In this document: positions 57,731 through 64,000 of the stretch, piece after piece | Numbering within the stretch: the stretch's first letter is position 1 | Layout: each line of letters opens with the position of its first letter | Origin: Planctomycetota bacterium | GTDB taxonomy: Bacteria; Planctomycetota; B15-G4; JADJEK01 | NCBI GenBank assembly: GCA_044225365.1 | Contig: JBGAIQ010000016.1 | Coordinates: forward strand, 32,001-96,000 | Direction of reading: 5' to 3' | Length of the DNA stretch: 64,000 nucleotides | Program-made: the position numbers and the translations under genes | Notes under the pieces: generated by a model | Told to the model about the DNA's origin: nothing | Seen by the model: the letters and a program-made list of their open reading frames with translations, nothing else | The model's database searches: none

Positions 57731-59731
57731 TCAGTGATCGCCGTCGTCGTCCTCGTCCTCGTCGTCGTCCTCATCCTCGTCGTCCTTCTTCGCCGGCTTC
57801 TTGTGCTTCATGTCCTTGACGCCCGCGCGCGCCGCCGGCTTGGGACCCGCGTGTTCGTGTCGCTCGATCAGGTTCGCGGCGACACCGAGGCCGAGGATGC
57901 CGGTCGGAGAGAACGCGTCGAGCGAGAGGCCCTCGTCGTCGCAATGGATGGCGATCGCCACGCTCTTCAAGTACTGAGCGATCGTCTCGCCGGTTGGGAG
58001 TTGGGCGGCATCGAGCGGCAATCCGGACTCTTGTAGGAGTGCGGGGATCGCGGCGCTGCCCGTCTCGTAGGCGATGGGGATCGTCTTCTGCAGATCGAGG
58101 TGGACCCAGATCGCGGCGGACTCCGGAGCGCAACCCGCGAGCCCCCGGCGCAGCGCGGCGAATCCGGCATCGTCCTTCAGCGTCTTCTCCTGGCGAGCGC
58201 CCTTCGCGATGTAGGCCTTCAGCGCGGGGCCGGAGATCGCGCCGACCAGTCGATCGTTCAGCACCGCGAATGCGGGTTGGACCGGTGCACCCTGCATCGC
58301 GACGGAGAAGCCCTCGATGTTGTTCGCGCCATCCGCGATCATCAGCGGACGAATGAGGACACCCTGCTCGGCGGCCTGCGACTTGGCGAAATCGAGGAGC
58401 TTCTGGAAGCGCTTGGCGTCGCGCAACTCGAGGATGAAGACGGCGTCGGGGATGAAGCCGACCTTCGGAACTCCGAGAGCGATCGAGACCTCACCGCCGA
58501 ACGTCGGGACGATGTCGTTCAGCAGATTGAACTCGCCGACGTTGAGCTTCTTCATCTCCTTGTCGATGAGATCCGATTCGGTGGGCGCGAGCGTCTTGGT
58601 CTCCTCGCGAGTGATCGCGACGAGCTTCTCGATGTCGAAGTGGAGTCCCGCGAAGAACGCGGTATTGCCCGGCGCGGAATCGAGCGACTTGAAGCCACCG
58701 CCGAGCGCCTTGAACGGGGCGAGCAGACCGTGCGGTGGGCCGTCGAATCCGATCAGCATCGATTCGCGGACTCCGCCTTCGACGAAGGAGATGCCCGTCG
58801 CGATTCCGCGGAGCGTGTCGATACCGAGGATCTGCGCTTCCTCGAGGGCGATCGGTGGGATGAGCGAGCGGAACGAGGAGAGCGCACCTTTCACGTCGAG
58901 CATCACGAACGCGGCGGTGTCGCCCGCGGTGACCCGTGACTTGAAGCTCTGGTAGGTCTTGGAATCGGCGAGCGATCCCTTCGCACCCTGTGTGCCGCGT
59001 CCGGTGAGCGCGGCTTCGAACGTCCGTTTCACACCGCCGATCGTCCAACGATCGCCGGAGAGATCGGCGTAGAAGCGGGTGTGCTTGTGGTCGGGGAAGT
59101 CGACGTCGATCACGGTCACGTCGTGACCTTGCAGTTCGGAGTGGCCGATCCGAAGCTCGGGCGGCGGGGCCGCGAGCCAGTCGTTCACGAGTTGCTTCAG
59201 CGACGGACCCGGTTCGAGGGAGAGGATTCCATCGAGGAGGAACCAAGTGTCCGTCGCGTGAGCGCTCGGCGCCGCGCTTTCGTTCGGTTCGTCGCCCTCG
59301 TCGAGATCGCTGAGGGCGATCATCCGGTGCAGCAGCATCGCGGAGAGCGGATGTTCGGCCGAGAGCCGCATCGTTTCCTTCTCCGGGCCGCCGATCGCGA
59401 ATTCGAGACCGGAGATGCCGATCGTCGCGCGACCTCGGATCCACTCGTCGGTCGGGAGCTGCTTGAGAGCCGAGCCGACGGGATCCGCGGGATCGATGCC
59501 GTGCATCGAATCGAGCACGGGCTTCAGGAACGCAGCGACCTCGGCGTCGTGCAGCAGCTTCGCGAGATCGAGGTTCGCGAGTCCGCGCTGGGCAGCGCCG
59601 ACATCGACCGAAGCATAGAAAAAGGTTTCGGCGGGCATCGCCTGCGCGACCGCATCACCGGGTCGGCAAAGAGCGAGCGGAGTCGCCATTGTGAACAGCG
59701 CCATCGCGGCGCAGGAGGACGAGCGAATCAT
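57731..59731 (-). CDS. Exported hypothetical protein (DUF3352-like)
   Basis: ATG 59731 follows GGAG; signal-like N-terminus; MPAETFFYASVD and duplicated ...SLADSKTY/...TLKDDAGF units reminiscent of DUF3352; acidic tail. Confidence 0.6.
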   Translation of the reverse strand: MIRSSSCAAMALFTMATPLALCRPGDAVAQAMPAETFFYASVDVGAAQRGLANLDLAKLLHDAEVAAFLKPVLDSMHGIDPADPVGSALKQLPTDEWIRGRATIGISGLEFAIGGPEKETMRLSAEHPLSAMLLHRMIALSDLDEGDEPNESAAPSAHATDTWFLLDGILSLEPGPSLKQLVNDWLAAPPPELRIGHSELQGHDVTVIDVDFPDHKHTRFYADLSGDRWTIGGVKRTFEAALTGRGTQGAKGSLADSKTYQSFKSRVTAGDTAAFVMLDVKGALSSFRSLIPPIALEEAQILGIDTLRGIATGISFVEGGVRESMLIGFDGPPHGLLAPFKALGGGFKSLDSAPGNTAFFAGLHFDIEKLVAITREETKTLAPTESDLIDKEMKKLNVGEFNLLNDIVPTFGGEVSIALGVPKVGFIPDAVFILELRDAKRFQKLLDFAKSQAAEQGVLIRPLMIADGANNIEGFSVAMQGAPVQPAFAVLNDRLVGAISGPALKAYIAKGARQEKTLKDDAGFAALRRGLAGCAPESAAIWVHLDLQKTIPIAYETGSAAIPALLQESGLPLDAAQLPTGETIAQYLKSVAIAIHCDDEGLSLDAFSPTGILGLGVAANLIERHEHAGPKPAARAGVKDMKHKKPAKKDDEDEDDDEDEDDDGDH

Positions 59732-60268
59732 GAGATCTCCTGGATCGTGAATCGACGGACGGGGAGACGGCGAATCGAGATCGAGAGGGCGTGGGTCACT
59801 TCCGTAGCGATCGAGGACCACCCGCGTTCGAGCTCGTCGGAGGGGAAACGCCGGGACTTCGCGTTCGGTTCCGGACGGGCGAAGAAGAACTCGCGCTGCA
59901 ACCGGAATCGGTTCTCGTGCTTGCTCGCCGCGTGGCTCGGGACGGTGGAAGTTGCGACCGGCTCGCTCTTTGTGTCGCCTTTGCGAGAAGACCAAGCGAC
60001 ACGGAATTCGCAGCAGAATCCGTGCCCTGGTGCCCGTCCTTTCCGGACTCGATGGAGCGACCGAAGACAATCTCCATCCGAGCGAACCGATGGAGTCCTT
60101 CCTCGCCCTCACTTCCATGCTCGAGGCGGCTGAAGGCGCCTCGATCGCCGTACGAAACTGCGACCGCCTCGGATCCTCGAATCGCCCTTGCGCGAGAAAC
60201 CCGGGCTTTCGACCGTGGGCTTTGGTGAGCGGCGGGGCTCTCCTCATCATCTCGATCCAGGAGGAGTC

Positions 60269-61171
60269 ATGATCGTGCGATGCCGAATCCCCAAACGTGT
60301 TGCGTTCCGTGCTGCTGCGATCCTCGTCCCGCTTTGCGCCTACGTCGACACTACTTCGGCCGCGGCGAGCGACCCGCCCCCGGCCGTGGCGACGATGAAT
60401 CCGCCGCTCTGGATCGGCTGTGATCTCTTCACCGGCGACTCCCAGTGGGTGACCTCGATCCCGACGATCGCATTCGATGGATGCAGTTCCGGGGCGGCCA
60501 CGAAGCTCGAATTCAAGGCAACGAATGAAGGGGGCGGCGAGCAGGTCCTGTGGACCGCGAACAACTGCAGCTACGTCGCGGGGACTACCATCTTCTACTT
60601 CACGCTCGATCAAGCGATCTTCCCGGTGTACACGTCCATCTCGATCCGCTACGACCAGGTTGGGGGGCCCGGCCCGTTGTCGAATGACGTTTACACGCTC
60701 ACGCAACCGGGCGCGCCCATCGTCTTCACGAACGATTTGCACGATACGAACCCGGATCTCGCCTGCGGCGACAGCTTGACCCTCGAACCGCCGACCTCGT
60801 ACGAGTTCGCGGAGGCATGGATGTGGGGGAAGTGGGTAGGTTCTCACTTCGTTCCGCTCCAGATCTTCCACACTCCGACGCCCGGACCTTTCACGATCTC
60901 CAATGCACACTCCAGCGATGCTGGAACCTACGTCTGCTCGGCGATCGTTTCGATCGGCGGAGGTTGTCACCTGCTGACGAGTCCGCTGCATCCCCTGTTC
61001 CTCTCCACACCGCTCGGCGGGAGCGGAGCCGGTGCGGGCTCGTTCATCTTCCAACCGACGATTCCCGCCGATGCTCCATCGGTCACCGTATTCCTCCAGG
61101 CCTTCGTGACCGATCCTGGTTCGATCCTCGGGTACTCGGCGAGCAACGGCGTGCGAGTCAAGATGCAGTAG
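60269..61171 (+). CDS. Secreted protein with Ig-like segment and truncated shared C-terminal domain
   Basis: GGAGGAG RBS; signal peptide; FTISNAHSSDAGTYVC (Ig motif); ends LQAFVTDPGSILGYSASNGVRVKMQ. Confidence 0.7.
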   Translation: MIVRCRIPKRVAFRAAAILVPLCAYVDTTSAAASDPPPAVATMNPPLWIGCDLFTGDSQWVTSIPTIAFDGCSSGAATKLEFKATNEGGGEQVLWTANNCSYVAGTTIFYFTLDQAIFPVYTSISIRYDQVGGPGPLSNDVYTLTQPGAPIVFTNDLHDTNPDLACGDSLTLEPPTSYEFAEAWMWGKWVGSHFVPLQIFHTPTPGPFTISNAHSSDAGTYVCSAIVSIGGGCHLLTSPLHPLFLSTPLGGSGAGAGSFIFQPTIPADAPSVTVFLQAFVTDPGSILGYSASNGVRVKMQ

Positions 61172-61289
61172 ACGACGAACGATCGCCTTGGCGGTGGAGT
61201 CGAGGCGCGTTCATGGGATTCTGCGAGCGTCCTCGCCACCATTGCTACGATTCGCGACCTCGACACCGTCCTCTTTCGAAGTTCGGCCC

Positions 61290-61814
61290 ATGACCGTGAA
61301 GCGCGATGAACAGGGCAATGGCGATTCGCAACGGGCCGGACCCGCCTGGTACCGCGATGGAATTCGCTTCGAGTGCGGCCAATGCGGAAACTGCTGCACC
61401 GGACAGAGCGGCCGGGTGTGGTTCGGCTCGGACGAACTCGTAGCGATGGCCTCGCACCTTGGACTCCTGCCTTTCGAATTCACCGAGCGATACACGCGGC
61501 GGATCGAAGGTCGGCCGTCGCTCACCGAGGTCGAGCGCGCGCCCGGTCGATTCGACTGCGTCTTTCTCCGCTTCGAGGGCAAGAAGGCGACCTGCGCGAT
61601 CCATGCCGTGAAGCCGCGCCAGTGCCGCACGTTTCCATTCTGGCCAGAGCATCTGCTGTCGGCGACCCGCTTCGAGAGTGCGATCCGCCACTGCGAGGGG
61701 GCGCAAGCGGCGAAGAGCGACAAGACGGCTCGGCATTATCGTCCGCACGAGATCGAGCAGCTCGCGCGCGAGAGCGGCGAGGTGGACACGATTGGGTCGC
61801 CCGAACGCGAGTGA
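61290..61814 (+). CDS. YkgJ family CxxCxxCC cysteine-cluster protein
   Basis: RFECGQCGNCC, DCVFL, CAIHAVKPRQCRTFPFWP, HCEG. Confidence 0.88.
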   Translation: MTVKRDEQGNGDSQRAGPAWYRDGIRFECGQCGNCCTGQSGRVWFGSDELVAMASHLGLLPFEFTERYTRRIEGRPSLTEVERAPGRFDCVFLRFEGKKATCAIHAVKPRQCRTFPFWPEHLLSATRFESAIRHCEGAQAAKSDKTARHYRPHEIEQLARESGEVDTIGSPERE

Positions 61815-61945
61815 CCAACGCGGCGGGCTTCGTGGGTGTCCCGCCGAAGAATCCTGAAAGTAGTGGGCCGGTCCGAGGCGCCTCCTGGATCCCTCCGGTG
61901 TCACGCAAGATCGCGTGGCGAAACGAATTCAACCGGAGAAAAGCC

Positions 61946-63559
61946 ATGGTCCGCTCATCGCTCGCTCTCGCAACGCTTTCCCTCGCTTCGATGACTCTTG
62001 CGTCGCTGCATGCGGGCGACACGTTCTACTCGCTCGATGGTCCCTCCGCCGACGCGTTCTTCGGGGGCTCGATCGCAACTGGCGACCTCGACGCCGACGG
62101 AATCAAGGACCTCGTCATCGGCGCTCCGAACCCGCTGACGATGACGGGCCTGACGCGCGTCTACTCGGGTCGCACTGGTGCGCAGTTGTTCGCCCTCTCC
62201 TTCGCGCAGGGTTCGGGCGTCAGCGTGGCGAGCGGCGGCGATCTCGATGGCGACGGTCACGATGACTTCGTGATCTCCGGCGACGGATTCGCCCGCGTTC
62301 GCTCCGGCGCCACGGGAAACAGCCTGTGGATCGTCGCGAACGAAGGTTTCGACGATCGCGTCGCGATCCTGCGCGACGTCGATCTCGACGGTTTCGACGA
62401 CGTCGTCGTGGCCTCGCCGAACGCCGATGTCCCCGGCACGGTCGATGCCGGTGTCGTTCGCATCTACTCGGGCAAGACGGGAGGAATCCTCTCCGCCATC
62501 TGGGGGGACTTCGCGTTCCAGCATCTCGGGACCACGATCGCGAACGCCGGTGATGTCAACAAGGACGGCCGCGAGGATCTCCTCTTGACCTCGAGGAGCT
62601 TCAACGGATCGCCCGCCGTCCATGTCGTCGCGGGAGGATTGAACTCCATCATCAAGACGATTCCGGCGCCGGCCGGCGCGTCTCTCTACTTCGGTTCCTC
62701 GCTCGCGGGCGGCAGCGACTTCAATCTCGACGGCTACGACGACATCGTGGTCGGCGACGTCGCGTACCACGCGCCGGGGTCGGGCGGAAACGGTCGTGTC
62801 CACGTCTACTCGGGTCTCAATCTGCAGCCGCTCCTCACGATGACCGGCCCCGCGAACGCGGAATCCGGTGTGGCGGTCGCGTGCATCAAGGACGTGGAGG
62901 GCGACGGCAGGGACGACATCGCGATCAGTGCTCCGGCCCTCGTGAGTTCCGTGGGCGGTCAGAGTCTGAAGGGCCGCGTTCAGGTCGTCTCCGGCGTGAA
63001 TGGCGCGGTGCTCCGCACCTGGTACGGTCCCGATGCGGTCGGTATCGGATACGGATCGCAGTTGGCGGCGATCGAACTCGGCCACGATTCCCAGGGTGAT
63101 CTCGTGATCTGTGATCCGACGGCGAAGACCGCGCTCGGCGATACCGGTCGCGTCACGATCCACTCCGGAGACTCGAAGATCGGTGGCTGGAGCAATTACG
63201 GAACGGGGTTCGCCGGTGCGCTCGGCGTCCCGTCCCTCACCGTGAGCGGACCACTCGCAATCTGTGAGCCGAGCACCCTCTCGCTCGCGAACAGCAACGG
63301 GACCAACGCGCTGTCCGGACTGTTCTTCATCGGTAGCTCACTCCTCGATCTCCAGACGGGTTACGGCGGCAAGCTCCTGGTCGTCCCGGTGACGGTGGTC
63401 CCGGTCGTCATCCCGACGAGCGGCCTCAACGTTCCGTTCACGGTCTGCGACACGCTCCTGCTCGGAACCCAGTTCCGCCTGCAGGCTGTCGAGTTCGACC
63501 CGTCGGCGGCGAAGGGAGTGTCCTTCTCGCGAGGCCTCGCGATCACGCTCGGTCTGTGA
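61946..63559 (+). CDS. Secreted FG-GAP (integrin-alpha-like) beta-propeller with shared C-terminal domain
   Basis: GGAG RBS; signal peptide; about seven FG...GDxxxDGxxDxxxGAP-type repeats with RVYSG; CTD from YGTGFAG. Confidence 0.88.
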   Translation: MVRSSLALATLSLASMTLASLHAGDTFYSLDGPSADAFFGGSIATGDLDADGIKDLVIGAPNPLTMTGLTRVYSGRTGAQLFALSFAQGSGVSVASGGDLDGDGHDDFVISGDGFARVRSGATGNSLWIVANEGFDDRVAILRDVDLDGFDDVVVASPNADVPGTVDAGVVRIYSGKTGGILSAIWGDFAFQHLGTTIANAGDVNKDGREDLLLTSRSFNGSPAVHVVAGGLNSIIKTIPAPAGASLYFGSSLAGGSDFNLDGYDDIVVGDVAYHAPGSGGNGRVHVYSGLNLQPLLTMTGPANAESGVAVACIKDVEGDGRDDIAISAPALVSSVGGQSLKGRVQVVSGVNGAVLRTWYGPDAVGIGYGSQLAAIELGHDSQGDLVICDPTAKTALGDTGRVTIHSGDSKIGGWSNYGTGFAGALGVPSLTVSGPLAICEPSTLSLANSNGTNALSGLFFIGSSLLDLQTGYGGKLLVVPVTVVPVVIPTSGLNVPFTVCDTLLLGTQFRLQAVEFDPSAAKGVSFSRGLAITLGL

Positions 63560-63662
63560 TCGGCTCGACCGGAACATCCCCGCGGCGCGTGGGCCGGAAG
63601 GCTCGCCGCCGCGGTGGCATTGCAGGTTCCGCGAGACTCGAAGCGCGTCGAGGAGATTCTCG

Positions 63663-63710
63663 AAGAGGGTGGGTGACACTCAGGGGCTGACGATCACGCT
63701 CGGTCTCTGA
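63663..63710 (+). pseudogene. Relic 3' end of a paralogous CTD-bearing gene
   Basis: Reads KRVGDTQGLTITLGL* versus KGVSFSRGLAITLGL* at the end of the upstream gene; 20-bp match with one mismatch (63540-63559 vs 63691-63710). Confidence 0.5.
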
Positions 63711-63805
63711 GCGACGAGACTCCCCCGTCCATCAGTGGGCAATGGGCAATGGGATACGGCGCACTGGCTCCTCGGGGGGTGCGCCGTCTCGTTTCGTACT
63801 CGGTG

Positions 63806-64000
63806 TCACTCGCCCGCGGCGAAGCCCATACGCTTCAGCGTCTCGATGTCGTCGTTGTGCGAGTGCGTGAATCCGTGCGCGCGTTCCCACTGCACGGTCG
63901 AGGCTGCGCGGAAGGCGACGATGTAGGCGCGTCGCCACCGCTTCGACGTATTGCCGCCGGAGCCATGGATCACGCGCTCGTTGTGGATCGTGCAGTCGCC
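63806..64000 (-). CDS. C-terminal part of phytanoyl-CoA dioxygenase (PhyH) family Fe(II)/2-OG oxygenase (5'-truncated)
   Basis: Manual translation GDCTIHNERVIHGSGGNTSKRWRRAYIVAF...GFAAGE*; HGSxxN-x-S...RRA is PhyH-typical. Not in the ORF track because the start is outside the window. Confidence 0.8.
   Translation of the reverse strand, partial: GDCTIHNERVIHGSGGNTSKRWRRAYIVAFRAASTVQWERAHGFTHSHNDDIETLKRMGFAAGE

Noticed and set aside
63732-63938. ORF-track entries 63732..63938 (-) and 63735..63926 (+)
   Set aside because: Wrong frames; the real coding frame is the PhyH-like C-terminus at 63806-64000 (-).
1-64000. Frequent GCGATCGC (HIP1-like) and TCGA/GATC words
   Set aside because: Plausibly explained by codon preference (GCG ATC GCN, CTC GAN); over-representation cannot be claimed without a codon-aware count.
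1-64000. tRNA/rRNA genes, transposases, integrases, prophage or defence genes
   Set aside because: None recognised by eye; tRNAscan-SE and HMM scans would be needed to exclude them fully.

Overview
High-GC bacterial chromosomal window, most likely Planctomycetota: it carries a planctomycete cytochrome c/WD40 protein, a DUF1549/DUF1553 protein and two DUF1501 proteins. It holds about 42 real CDSs; most other ORF-track entries are GC-driven antisense or out-of-frame shadows. Housekeeping genes include deaD, argS, ychF, apaG, dacB, namZ, an asnB-type amidotransferase, a NUDIX hydrolase and a fused aconitase-family protein. Exported proteins include a vanadium haloperoxidase, a CRTAC1/ASPIC-UnbV-dockerin protein, FG-GAP propellers, two di-heme proteins, a lysyl-endopeptidase-like protease and DUF885. 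I saw no rRNA, tRNA, CRISPR array, transposase or integrase. Main observations: (1) unrelated signal-peptide proteins share a ~120-130 aa C-terminal domain, plus a truncated copy and a non-coding relic, a candidate lineage-specific protein sorting or surface-display signal; (2) an exported dipeptidyl peptidase III resembles the eukaryotic type (HELLGH); (3) ArgRS has a PheT/Trbp111-type OB-fold inserted in its catalytic domain; (4) a di-heme peroxidase-like protein has a Kelch propeller between its two heme motifs; (5) there are two REP/MITE-like clusters and an 8-bp tandem repeat with G-quadruplex potential. All family calls come from motif recognition by eye; no searches were run.
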